The notes under the pieces are model-generated. The model was not told the DNA's origin. It saw only the letters and a program-made list of their open reading frames with translations, and did not search any database. The position numbers were made by a program, and so were the translations under genes. A stretch of DNA of 64,000 nucleotides. Origin: Minisyncoccota bacterium. GTDB taxonomy: Bacteria; Patescibacteriota; Minisyncoccia; Phycocordibacterales; UBA9973. The DNA lies in NCBI GenBank assembly GCA_041675085.1, contig JBAYUN010000001.1, forward strand, positions 170,364-234,363. The letters run 5' to 3'. Within the stretch, counting starts at the first letter, position 1. The number at the start of each line of letters is the position of its first letter. Positions 28,644 to 38,353 of this stretch are shown here, piece after piece.

Positions 28644-29267
28644 TTATTCCTTAAATTCAAAAACATTCACTCTCGCTGGACGGAGGACTCGGTCACCTAT
28701 TTTATAACCTTTTTGAATAACTTGCGCTATAGTATGATTTTTATCTTTTTCAGTAGTTTCTACCATCTCTAATGATTCATGAATATTCGGATCAAAATTC
28801 TCACCCTCTTGGCCTATCTCTTTGACTCCATATTCTTCAAAAACAGTATTCATTTGAGAGTGAATATACTCTACTCCTTTACGCCAATTCATGTCTACTT
28901 TCTCCCATGCCTCCTTGTTCGCAAAAGCCATATTGAAACTATCCATCACGCTTAAAAAGCGAGAAAGTATCCTCTCGCGCATAGATTCAGAGAACATAGT
29001 CTTTCTATCTTCTTCTTGTTTTTTGTAATTCGCAAAATCAGCTCTCTCTTTTTGCCAACCGTTTAGGTATTCGGTGCGTTCTTTGCGAGCTTGTTTTAAA
29101 TCAAGTCTTAATTTCTTTAATGTTTTATGCAGATCTGCCTCACCGTCATCATTGAATTCAAATTCAACTATTTCTTCGTCTTCTTTTGTATCTGTATTAT
29201 CTGGAATAGTTTTATCGTCGCCTAAATCTAAATCTTCTAATTTTATTTTTTTATCTTCTTCATTCAT
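28644..29267 (-). CDS. grpE: nucleotide exchange factor GrpE
   Basis: FANYKKQEEDRK, coiled-coil N-terminus, C-terminal beta domain GDRVLRPARV. Confidence 0.85.
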   Translation of the reverse strand: MNEEDKKIKLEDLDLGDDKTIPDNTDTKEDEEIVEFEFNDDGEADLHKTLKKLRLDLKQARKERTEYLNGWQKERADFANYKKQEEDRKTMFSESMRERILSRFLSVMDSFNMAFANKEAWEKVDMNWRKGVEYIHSQMNTVFEEYGVKEIGQEGENFDPNIHESLEMVETTEKDKNHTIAQVIQKGYKIGDRVLRPARVNVFEFKE

Positions 29268-29331
29268 ATAGGCATTCTATCACAAAAACACCCAACAAAA
29301 AAGACCTCTTTGAGGGAGATCTTTTTTTGGA

Positions 29332-29742
29332 TTAACGTTTAGACCATTGTGGTGCCTTACGAGCTTTCTTCAATCCGAATTTTCTTCTTTCTTTTGCTCT
29401 TGGGTCTCTCTTTAGATAACCTGGAAGTTTTAATTCTGTACGAATTTCAGGTTCAACTAAAAGTAATACACGAGCGAGTCCGTGGCGTACTGCTTCAGCT
29501 TGAGAATGAGTACCTCCTCCAGTCACACGAGCTTCGATAGACCATTTCATAGGTTTATCACTAGCTTCTAAAACAGTTAGAGGTTCTACTATCAATCTTC
29601 TCTCTTCTTCTGTCTTAAAGTAATCTTTCGCATTATCACCGTTTACGATAAAAGCAGATTTAGTCGCAGGAGTTAAACGCACTCTTGCAGTTGCTGTTTT
29701 TCTTCTACCGACGCTTTCAAAATATTGTTCTTTTTTCTCCAT
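29332..29742 (-). CDS. rpsI: 30S ribosomal protein S9
   Basis: YFESVGRRKTATARVRL and C-terminal KERRKFGLKKARKAPQWSKR. Confidence 0.9.
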   Translation of the reverse strand: MEKKEQYFESVGRRKTATARVRLTPATKSAFIVNGDNAKDYFKTEEERRLIVEPLTVLEASDKPMKWSIEARVTGGGTHSQAEAVRHGLARVLLLVEPEIRTELKLPGYLKRDPRAKERRKFGLKKARKAPQWSKR

Positions 29743-29755
29743 ATAACTTTATTAA

Positions 29756-30127
29756 TTAATCTTCAACTTGTAAATTCTTCATCATTGTTCTTCTAATCTT
29801 ATTATCTGGAAGCATTTTAAAAACAGCAAGACTTACTAATTCTTTCATGCCTTTTGTCGCTTTTGTATAAGTACCGGTTAGGATACGAAGACCACCTGGA
29901 TAACCTGAATATCTAGTATGATATAATTCCTCCAATTTTTTATTAGTTATTTTGATTTTAGAAGCATTCACAACATCCACAGGTGAACCTGAGTATTTAT
30001 GTCTTTGGAAAGATGCTTTGTCCTTGCCAAGCAATACAGCAGCAATTTCAGTTGCAACCCTTCCTAGTGTTTTACCACTCGCATCAATTATTTTTTTGTC
30101 TTCTGTTGTTTTTACTTCTTTTTTCAT
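29756..30127 (-). CDS. rplM: 50S ribosomal protein L13
   Basis: IDASGKTLGRVATEIAAVLLGK typical L13. Confidence 0.9.
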   Translation of the reverse strand: MKKEVKTTEDKKIIDASGKTLGRVATEIAAVLLGKDKASFQRHKYSGSPVDVVNASKIKITNKKLEELYHTRYSGYPGGLRILTGTYTKATKGMKELVSLAVFKMLPDNKIRRTMMKNLQVED

Positions 30128-30149
30128 TTTAGTAATAAATTATTTTTAA

Positions 30150-30503
30150 TTATACAAATTCGATATAAGCCATCTCTGCACTATCTGACTTTCTCGCTCC
30201 TAATTTCAAAACTCTTGTGTAACCTCCTTTTCTGTCTGTGTAATTTGGTGCAATCTTGTCAAAAAGTTTTTTAGTTTCAGCTTTTCTGTTTGCGATCTTA
30301 GACATAACTAGTCTACGCTTTGATAAAGTATCTATCTTAGCGTGAGTTACTAATTTTTCCATAAACGGTCTCAACTCTTTAGCTTTTGCCAAGGTGGTTT
30401 TGATCTTGCCTTTTATTATCAAATTACGAGCAAGAGATTGCATAAGCGCATTTCTTTGGTTTTTATCTCTGCCGAATTTTCTTTTGGTATTGTGGTGTCT
30501 CAT
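30150..30503 (-). CDS. rplQ: 50S ribosomal protein L17
   Basis: MRHHNTKRKFGRDKNQRNALMQSLARNL. Confidence 0.9.
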   Translation of the reverse strand: MRHHNTKRKFGRDKNQRNALMQSLARNLIIKGKIKTTLAKAKELRPFMEKLVTHAKIDTLSKRRLVMSKIANRKAETKKLFDKIAPNYTDRKGGYTRVLKLGARKSDSAEMAYIEFV

Positions 30504-30515
30504 AAAATTTTATTA

Positions 30516-31511
30516 TTATTCTTTCAAATTAAGACCGAACTTGGTCAAAACTTTTTTAATCTCGGTAATTCCTTTCTCGCCGATGCCTTCAACTTCTAAT
30601 AAATCTTCTCTTTTCTTACGAGCAAGACCTCCTAGAGTTCTGATATTTGCACCGTTTAATGCGTTCAAAGTTCTAGTAGATAAGTCCAAGCCATCGATTC
30701 TAGTCTTTAGTACATCAGTGAAGTCATCTCCTTTTTCATCTTCTTCTACAACTTTCTCTTCTTCTTTTTCTTCCTTCTTTGCAGTTTTCTTCTTAGCTTC
30801 CATAATCTCTTCAACTTCTTCTTCTTTGAAATCAACGATAGCCTTAAGTTGATTGATCATGATTACTATAGATTGAGAAAGAGCTTCACGAGGAGTCATA
30901 GTACCGTCAGTCTCGATAGAGATTCTTAGTCTGTTGTGGTTTGTATTGTCTCCTACGCGCATATTTTCTACTTCGTATGAAACTCTACGGATTGGAGTAA
31001 ATATTGCATCTACAGCAATTGTACCGATTTCTACTTTTTCTTTTTGCATCATTTCTTTTGAAATGAAACCTAGACCTTTTTCGATTTTAAGTTCGATGTC
31101 TAGATTGATTTTACCAGTAACGGTAGCAATGTATAATTCAGGATTAAGTATTTCTACTTGTCCACTTGTAGTTATAGATGAAGCAGTTACTTCTTGAGGG
31201 CCTTTTACAGAAAGATTAACAGTTTGAGGTTCGTCTGTATTCATCTTGAAACGAAGTTTCTTTAGGTTCAAAATAAGAACAATGATATCTTCTTTGATAC
31301 CTTCTACTGTTTGAAATTCATGACTAACACCGTCGATCTTTATAGATACAACACTAGCGCCAGGTAATGATGAAAGAATAATTCTTCTAAGAGAATTACC
31401 GAGCGTATGTCCATAACCAGGATATAAACCATCTATTTCAAAAACTCCTTTGTTCCCTTCTTCTAAAACAGCTTTTGGTTTTGAAGGCATAATTATTTTA
31501 TATTCAGGCAT
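30516..31511 (-). CDS. rpoA: DNA-directed RNA polymerase subunit alpha
   Basis: NTD [66 protein letters not shown]. Confidence 0.9.
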   Translation of the reverse strand: [331 protein letters not shown]

Positions 31512-31550
31512 ATTTTATAAAAAATTTAAATAATAATAAATTAAAAAAAA

Positions 31551-32153
31551 TTAACGACTATAGAATTCAAGCACGGCATTTAAATCAAGGAAAGTTTCTG
31601 TATTCTTCGGTTTAGAGACGATTTTTCCTTCCATTGTATTTTTATCAAAAGAAACCCAAGCTGGTGCAGTATAATCTTTAAGTCTAGCTTCTAAGTCAGC
31701 AAAAATCTTTTTTCCTTTTGAACCTTCACGAACTTTAATAACATCTCCAACTTTGATTTCATAAGAAGGCACAGTAACTTTGTGATTGTTTACGATAAAG
31801 TGACCATGAGATACCATTTGGCGAGTCGCACGGCGAGATCCACCTAACCCCATTCTGTAGATAATATTGTCTAAACGAGTCTCAAGTACTTCGTAGAATT
31901 TTTCTGCAGTTCCAGCACCTTTGATTTGTGAAGCTTTCTTAACATAGTTTGAAAGTTGCTTTTCTGAAATACCATAAGAGAATCTGATTTTTTGCTTTTC
32001 GATTAATTGAGTACCGTATTCAGAAAGAGCCTTTGGACGCTTTGTGTTTGGTCCAAAAGTAGCAGTAGTAGCAGAAAACTTTGAAGTTTGACATTTATCA
32101 TAAACTCCTGCTCCTAATCTTTTACAAATTTTAAACTTTGGTTTTGTTAACAT
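31551..32153 (-). CDS. rpsD: 30S ribosomal protein S4
   Basis: LDNIIYRMGLGGSRRATRQMVSHGHFIVNNHKVTVPSYEIKVGD. Confidence 0.9.
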   Translation of the reverse strand: MLTKPKFKICKRLGAGVYDKCQTSKFSATTATFGPNTKRPKALSEYGTQLIEKQKIRFSYGISEKQLSNYVKKASQIKGAGTAEKFYEVLETRLDNIIYRMGLGGSRRATRQMVSHGHFIVNNHKVTVPSYEIKVGDVIKVREGSKGKKIFADLEARLKDYTAPAWVSFDKNTMEGKIVSKPKNTETFLDLNAVLEFYSR

Positions 32154-32185
32154 AATTTTACTTTATAAATTTACTTAATAACTAA

Positions 32186-32617
32186 TTAAACTCTTCTAGG
32201 TTTCTTTGGTTTCGGACCATTGTGTGGTACTGGTGTAGCATCTTTAACTGAATTGATTTCTATGCCATAAGCCATAAAAGCTCTAACTGCTGGTTCACGT
32301 CCTGAACCAACTCCACGGATAACAACATCAGCTTCTTTCACTCCGATATTAGCAGCCTTACCTCCTACGATATCTCCTACTTTACCTGCTGCGAAAGGAG
32401 TACCTTTCTTAGCACCTCTAAAACCAAGACTTCCAGCAGAAGACCAAAATAACGCATTACCAGATTTATCAGCAAAAACAACTTTTGTATTGTTAAAAGT
32501 TGCTTCCACATTCAAAATACCTGAAGTTATTTTTTTCTTTGGTGCTTTCATTGTAGATGGAGCTTTTACTTCTCCTTCTACTTTTTCTTCTTCTTTTGTT
32601 TCGTTTGTTTTTGCCAT
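32186..32617 (-). CDS. rpsK: 30S ribosomal protein S11
   Basis: ATFNNTKVVFADKSGNALFWSSAGSLGFRGAKKGTPFAA. Confidence 0.9.
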   Translation of the reverse strand: MAKTNETKEEEKVEGEVKAPSTMKAPKKKITSGILNVEATFNNTKVVFADKSGNALFWSSAGSLGFRGAKKGTPFAAGKVGDIVGGKAANIGVKEADVVIRGVGSGREPAVRAFMAYGIEINSVKDATPVPHNGPKPKKPRRV

Positions 32618-32628
32618 ATTAGTTAAAA

Positions 32629-33009
32629 TTATGTTTTACTTTCTTTTCTCTTACCTGATGCCATAGTGTTTCTTACGTTGCCACGGACTGTTCTTGAATT
32701 TGTCTTTGTTCTTTGTCCTCTGACTGGTAGTCTCTTGATGTGACGGATACCTCTATGACTTTTAATATCTTTTAATCTTTTGATGTTTGAAGATATTTCT
32801 CTTTTTAGATTTCCTTCTATAGTGATACTTTCAACAATAGTACGGATTTGGTTTTCTTCATCTGGAGTTAAATCTTTAGATTTCTTGCCGTAATCAATGT
32901 TAACTTGATCTAATATTTTTCTTGCTTTAGAAATACCTATACCGTAAAGGCAAGTTAGTCCTATTTCAAGTCTTTTTTCATTTGGTACTGTGATTCCTAG
33001 AATTCTCAT
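32629..33009 (-). CDS. rpsM: 30S ribosomal protein S13
   Basis: MRILGITVPNEKRLEIGLTCLYGIG. Confidence 0.9.
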   Translation of the reverse strand: MRILGITVPNEKRLEIGLTCLYGIGISKARKILDQVNIDYGKKSKDLTPDEENQIRTIVESITIEGNLKREISSNIKRLKDIKSHRGIRHIKRLPVRGQRTKTNSRTVRGNVRNTMASGKRKESKT

Positions 33010-33013
33010 ATAA

Positions 33014-33124
33014 TTATTGTTTTTGCTTATGCTTAGGATTAATACAAATCACCAATAAATGGCGGTTACGTTTAACCATCTTACAATTATCACAAATTTT
33101 CTTTACTGATGCTTTTATTTTCAT
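33014..33124 (-). CDS. rpmJ: 50S ribosomal protein L36
   Basis: 36-aa ORF below track cut-off: [36 protein letters not shown]; canonical position between infA and rpsM. Confidence 0.8.
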   Translation of the reverse strand: MKIKASVKKICDNCKMVKRNRHLLVICINPKHKQKQ

Positions 33125-33241
33125 AAATTTACTATTACTTATATATATTACAAAACAAAACAAATAAGGGATAAGCCTTATTTTTTAAATACTTTTACCT
33201 ATTTAAAACTATAAGTCCTATTATATACTATTTAAAAAAAA

Positions 33242-33463
33242 TTACAACCTTTTTATAATTCTTCCTTTACCACCATAAGGATCTAGCAGAACTTCCACCT
33301 GATCTCCTATTAAAACTTTAATTCTATGCAGTCTCATTTTTCCGCCAAGATATGCTAGAATTTCGTCACCTTCATCTATCTTTACACGAAATAAAGTAGA
33401 AGGTAAAGCTTCGGTTATAAATCCTCTTTTTGTTAGAGGTTTGTCATTTTTTATATCACTCAT
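33242..33463 (-). CDS. infA: translation initiation factor IF-1
   Basis: 73 aa S1-like OB fold, ...RLHRIKVLIGDQVEVLLDPYGGKGRIIKRL. Confidence 0.9.
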   Translation of the reverse strand: MSDIKNDKPLTKRGFITEALPSTLFRVKIDEGDEILAYLGGKMRLHRIKVLIGDQVEVLLDPYGGKGRIIKRL

Positions 33464-33514
33464 TGCAACTAGAATATCATACTAAAATAAATAAATTTAG
33501 TCAAATAATTTGAC

Positions 33515-34819
33515 TTATAACTCTTTAGGATAATTAATTTCTACTTTTATTGCATCGACTTTGTCTGGAATATCGCTCTCCCAGATAGGCTTGATAACTA
33601 GATCAGCTGAATCTATATTTTTATAAGCAGATAGTATGTTATTGAAATCTTTCTTCTTTTTACCTTTTAAATCAGAAAGAATTTTATTTTTTTCAACCAA
33701 AGAAACCACACTAACAGGTCCGACTAATTTGAAAGTAATACTCTTAGTGTCTACAAAAGAGATCTCTTTATCAGAGAGGGAAAAACTCAAATCTTCAAGA
33801 TTTTGAATATAAATATTTCTATCTTTTTCTGCTGGGAATTTAATATTCATAATCTCATTTATAAGATTAGTCTCTTTAAACAAGAAACCGTACAGAGTAC
33901 CTTTGACTGAAAAAGGGACTGTGCCTACTTCAGTACTAGCTTCTTCCAGGTTTGAAGCAAATTTAAAAAATGTAGCATCTTTAAATAAGATATATCCTTC
34001 AGGTAGTTGCTCTCTAGCTTTTTGTAATAGTGTAGTCTGAAGATTTGCCTCCAATTCTTTTCTAGCCAAATCTTGATCCTCTAGATTTACTATTTTCTTC
34101 AAACCTTTGAATCCCCCTGAAATTACAGAAGTTGATCTACCGTAAAATTTGCTAGCTTTTGAAGTATTTTTGAAAGCAGATACTACAAAATCTGTAAGTT
34201 CATCATTATAAGCTTCCCCACTTTCAAGTGCAGTCACACCCACTTCCACTGAACCAGGGATACCCAAATCAGACATTCCAGGGATGGATACTTTTGCATC
34301 AGTTTTATAAATTTTACCTTTTGAGGATTCGAGTCTAGTGTTAATATCGAGAGATTGAGGAGATGACGAATATGCATTATATAGTATGACTTTACCTTTA
34401 GCTTTTTCTTCTACGGCTTCTTCCCCGCCTCCTTGTATATTTTTCTTATCTTCGGCTTCTAGTATCATTAATTGATATGATAACCCTGTCTCATTTACAC
34501 TCAAATCTTTCTTGGCGATTATAGTCTCACTTAAGGTAGTACTGATAATTTTTGGATTTATTGATACATGTGCCCGTGCAAAAAAAGAAGAAAAAGTGAA
34601 AAATAAAAATACAATACAAACAATAGCCAAAATCCATAGACCATAGCTATTTGATTCTTTTGGCTCTCTTACCCTAATCCTAGTAACAACAACCTCTTCT
34701 TCTTTTTCAACTTCTGCAACAACTCTCTTCTTGGGTTTTATTTGTACGTCTTTTTGAATTAAGGTTTCTTTCTTTTGTTTTTTAACTGCTACCATATCCT
34801 GAAAGAAATTTTTGGGCAT
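33515..34819 (-). CDS. hypothetical bitopic membrane protein (434 aa)
   Basis: Single TM near residue 60 (LWILAIVCIVFLFF), large extracytoplasmic domain, no recognised motif. Confidence 0.45.
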   Translation of the reverse strand: MPKNFFQDMVAVKKQKKETLIQKDVQIKPKKRVVAEVEKEEEVVVTRIRVREPKESNSYGLWILAIVCIVFLFFTFSSFFARAHVSINPKIISTTLSETIIAKKDLSVNETGLSYQLMILEAEDKKNIQGGGEEAVEEKAKGKVILYNAYSSSPQSLDINTRLESSKGKIYKTDAKVSIPGMSDLGIPGSVEVGVTALESGEAYNDELTDFVVSAFKNTSKASKFYGRSTSVISGGFKGLKKIVNLEDQDLARKELEANLQTTLLQKAREQLPEGYILFKDATFFKFASNLEEASTEVGTVPFSVKGTLYGFLFKETNLINEIMNIKFPAEKDRNIYIQNLEDLSFSLSDKEISFVDTKSITFKLVGPVSVVSLVEKNKILSDLKGKKKKDFNNILSAYKNIDSADLVIKPIWESDIPDKVDAIKVEINYPKEL

Positions 34820-34828
34820 AATTTTATT

Positions 34829-36007
34829 TTATCTAAGAAAATGATTAATGTAAATTGACTCTATCACCAACAATGAATCTCTCATGGTTTTTTCATTTTC
34901 GAAAGATGCTATACCATGCAAAGCTTCAGTCCCGAGAAATATAATACGGAATTTGGACTCGGTCAGAGTGTATTGATTTAATTGTTCTTCTTTTATTATT
35001 TCAGAAAAGAATGGGGCTAGATTTTGGTCAACTGTAATAAAGATAGTAGCTGGGATAGAGATATCGTGAGATAGATTGTTCAAAGATTCTTGAAAAACTT
35101 TAAGCCAATCGTTTTTAAGAACTTTGATAGAATCATTCAATTTTCTGTTGGCGGATTCGGAGATGTGATTATCTTTATAAGCTTGCAAGAAAGAATTAGC
35201 TTCATCTAGGTGAATATCTAAATCTTTTGCTAATCCCCTTGTTATAAAATTGCATCCCACTGGAAAAGAAACAGAGTCTTTGACCACATTCTTTTTTATC
35301 ATTGAAATATCAGTGACTTCACCTCCAATATTGATCAACAAGAACTTGTCTTGATTGATAAACATATCACGTGCTACCACAAAAGAAGCCATTAAAAATG
35401 AGGAGAATTTAATACTATCTGTATGAAAATGCTGCCCAACTATCTCTTCTACCTTTTTTACAAAATCTTCTTCACTAAATGATATAAAGATAGACATATC
35501 CAGACTCTGAGCTTTTTTATCATTAGGATTATCCACTTCATAACCGTTTAAATTCACACTCATAGTCTTCATCTCTATCGGCAAAATCTTGGTTGTAGAC
35601 TCTCCGTGCTTCGACAAATAATCTTCCATCAATAGACTTATCTCTTTTTGAGTCAAAGTATCGGCTAACTTAGCATTGAAAACAAAAGGAGAATTCTTTT
35701 CGAGTTTGATTTCGCGAGTTTCTGAATGAAACCAAGGCGACGACAATACGCAAAAGACCCTCTCAGGCTTGCCTAGACCTTGTTTGCACATTTTTGCTAC
35801 AACTACCTTTAAAGACCTTAGAGTTAGATTCAAAAAATTCTCAACATTTAATTCTTTTTCGAGTAATACAGTCTCACGAGTTGCATAAATAATCCGAGGA
35901 GTACCTGATTCTTGCATCCATACTAGAGCTCCACCTACAGAAGAAGAACCAATATCAAAAACTAGAACAAGTTCGTCTTTCTTTTTTGTTTTTGAAAAAA
36001 ATCCCAT
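34829..36007 (-). CDS. actin-like ASKHA ATPase (PilM/FtsA-like)
   Basis: N-terminal phosphate-1 LVLVFDIGSSSVGGALV and phosphate-2 LLINIGGEVTDISMI motifs. Confidence 0.4.
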   Translation of the reverse strand: MGFFSKTKKKDELVLVFDIGSSSVGGALVWMQESGTPRIIYATRETVLLEKELNVENFLNLTLRSLKVVVAKMCKQGLGKPERVFCVLSSPWFHSETREIKLEKNSPFVFNAKLADTLTQKEISLLMEDYLSKHGESTTKILPIEMKTMSVNLNGYEVDNPNDKKAQSLDMSIFISFSEEDFVKKVEEIVGQHFHTDSIKFSSFLMASFVVARDMFINQDKFLLINIGGEVTDISMIKKNVVKDSVSFPVGCNFITRGLAKDLDIHLDEANSFLQAYKDNHISESANRKLNDSIKVLKNDWLKVFQESLNNLSHDISIPATIFITVDQNLAPFFSEIIKEEQLNQYTLTESKFRIIFLGTEALHGIASFENEKTMRDSLLVIESIYINHFLR

Positions 36008-36055
36008 AGAGATATTATAACCTTTATGAAATTTTTCTCAAAATAAAAATAAATT

Positions 36056-37813
36056 TTATTCCAAGATTGCTTTGATACGGCGAATACCTGAAGCCACAGC
36101 TTCTTCTTTTTGAATTTTGAATTTGCCTATTTCTTTTGTATTTTGTACATGGGGACCACCACAGAATTCTTTTGATACTGGATTGCCACTTTCGTCTTCT
36201 ATAAAATACAGAGACACAACGTCAGGATACTTTGCTCCGAATTCCATCTCGGCACCTATCTCTTCTGCCTCTTTTAGAGGCATTTCACGACGTATAACAT
36301 TAAGCCCAAGATTGATTTTCTCATTTACAAAATCTTCGACTTTCTTTTTTTCTTCATCGGTAAGCTTGTGATCACAAAGGAAATCGATACGTAAACGCTC
36401 TTCGGTAATATTACTACCTCTTTGTTTAATATTTTTATCTACGATTTGTTGCAACCCTGCTAAAAGCAAATGATGTGCGGTATGAAGACGAATAGTCTTT
36501 TCGTTATGATTAGCCAAACCACCTTTAAACATGCCTGCAGAAGCAGTAGCAGAAAGCTTTTGATGCTCTTCCATTTTCTTTTTGAAGTCTTCAATATCAA
36601 TCTTTACACCTTTCTCGCGAGCCAATTCTTCTGTAAGCTCTATCGGGAAACCATAAGTAGTAAATAAAGTAAAAGCGTCACGTCCTTTTTCGAATTCTTT
36701 CAAGCCATTCTCTAATGTTTCTCTAAATTTACTTTCTTCTTTATCTATTTCTTTTTGAATAATTTCTTGATTAGAAGACAGTTCAGGATAAAATTCTTTG
36801 TATTTTTCTATTACAACCTGAGCTATATAAAACAAAGAACCATGTTTAAAATTCAACATATCTCCGTATCGCACAGCTCTACGAAGTAGTCTACGCAAAA
36901 TATATCCCCTTTGATTATTAGAAGGTATTACTCCGTCCCCAATCATAAAAACACTAGTACGAATATGATCAGCTATTATTCTCTTTAATCTTAAATTCTC
37001 TGTACCATTATCTTTATCTGTAAAACTCTCAATTTTATTAAAAATCTCTATAAATAAATCTGAGTCGTAAGCGGTCTTTTTGCCTTGCATTACTGCAGTC
37101 ATTCTTTCTAATCCTGCACCTGTATCTACGTTTTTCTGAGCGAGCTTACCGACAACTTTACCGTCTTTTTTCTCGTATTCCATAAAGACATCATTCCATA
37201 TCTCGATTACTTTCTCGTCTTTAATAGCCTGTAAAAATTCTTCCTGATTTAAATCTCCCACATTACCCTCCATATCATAAAACATTTCAGAACAAGGGCC
37301 ACATGGACCGTTGTCTCCCGGACTCCACCAATTGTCCTCTCCAGGTAAAGCATATATTCTATTTTCTGGAATTCCTAAACTCATCCAAATATCTTTAGAC
37401 TCTTGGTCATAAGATGCATTCTCATCCCCTTGGAAAATAGTAAAATAAAGTCTATTCACATCGAGACCTAAACCTTCTTCTTTGGAGGTTAAAAATTCAT
37501 AAGACCATTTAATAGCTTCATCTTTAAAATAATCACCCAAAGACCAATTGCCCATCATTTCAAAAAATGAAAAGTGGCGATTGTCTCCGATATCATCCAA
37601 GTCTCCAGTACGGACACATTTCTGAACATCAGCAATCCTGTTACCCATAGGGTGAGCTTGCCCGAGTAGATACGGTACGAGTGGTTGCATACCTGCAGTA
37701 TTAAAAAGTACGGAAGGATCATTCTCGGGTACGAGCGAAGCCGAAGGAATTATTTTATGCCCTCTACTTTCAAAAAATTTTAAAAATCTATTTCGTATTT
37801 CTTCTGATTTCAT
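36056..37813 (-). CDS. alaS: alanine--tRNA ligase, compact 585-aa form
   Basis: Class II catalytic core (FNTAGMQPL...GNRIADVQKCVRTGD...GGPCGPCSE) fused to editing-type HTAHHLL...CGGPH zinc motif; lacks long C-terminal region. Confidence 0.85.
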   Translation of the reverse strand: MKSEEIRNRFLKFFESRGHKIIPSASLVPENDPSVLFNTAGMQPLVPYLLGQAHPMGNRIADVQKCVRTGDLDDIGDNRHFSFFEMMGNWSLGDYFKDEAIKWSYEFLTSKEEGLGLDVNRLYFTIFQGDENASYDQESKDIWMSLGIPENRIYALPGEDNWWSPGDNGPCGPCSEMFYDMEGNVGDLNQEEFLQAIKDEKVIEIWNDVFMEYEKKDGKVVGKLAQKNVDTGAGLERMTAVMQGKKTAYDSDLFIEIFNKIESFTDKDNGTENLRLKRIIADHIRTSVFMIGDGVIPSNNQRGYILRRLLRRAVRYGDMLNFKHGSLFYIAQVVIEKYKEFYPELSSNQEIIQKEIDKEESKFRETLENGLKEFEKGRDAFTLFTTYGFPIELTEELAREKGVKIDIEDFKKKMEEHQKLSATASAGMFKGGLANHNEKTIRLHTAHHLLLAGLQQIVDKNIKQRGSNITEERLRIDFLCDHKLTDEEKKKVEDFVNEKINLGLNVIRREMPLKEAEEIGAEMEFGAKYPDVVSLYFIEDESGNPVSKEFCGGPHVQNTKEIGKFKIQKEEAVASGIRRIKAILE

Positions 37814-37840
37814 ATCTTTAGTCGTGTTAATATATTTAAA

Positions 37841-38302
37841 TTAATTCTCTCCGTCGCCTATCATTTTCTTTAGAGGCTTTTCAAAAATTCCCATAAGCAC
37901 AAAAATCACTAATACAAGCAAAGTCGCCACAATAGCCAAACTATAAAAACCAAATCCAGCGGCCATACCAATACCTGCAGTCACCCAGAGTCCTGAAGCT
38001 GTAGTCAGTCCACTAATATAAGAACCTTTGAGCATAATAGATCCTGCTCCTAAGAAACCTATACCAACGATAATTTGTGAAGCCATACGTGATGCATCAA
38101 AACCCGCAACATTACCATATTTCAACACCAAGGCTTCAGATATAAGGATAAATAATGCTGAACCGAGAGAAACCAAGGCATGAGTCTTCATACCAGCTTC
38201 TTTGTGAACTATAAGCCTCTCGAGACCTATCAGAGCACCCAAAAACACAGCTAATAATAACTTTAAAAGCATTTCACTATTTTGTGCAAAAAATTGTTCC
38301 AT
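37841..38302 (-). CDS. MgtC/SapB-family membrane protein
   Basis: LLKLLLAVFLGALIGLERL...KEAGMKTHALV signature. Confidence 0.75.
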   Translation of the reverse strand: MEQFFAQNSEMLLKLLLAVFLGALIGLERLIVHKEAGMKTHALVSLGSALFILISEALVLKYGNVAGFDASRMASQIIVGIGFLGAGSIMLKGSYISGLTTASGLWVTAGIGMAAGFGFYSLAIVATLLVLVIFVLMGIFEKPLKKMIGDGEN

Positions 38303-38353
38303 TTATTTATTATAGCTTAAAATCAGAAAAAATACAGAAACAACAAAATCAAA

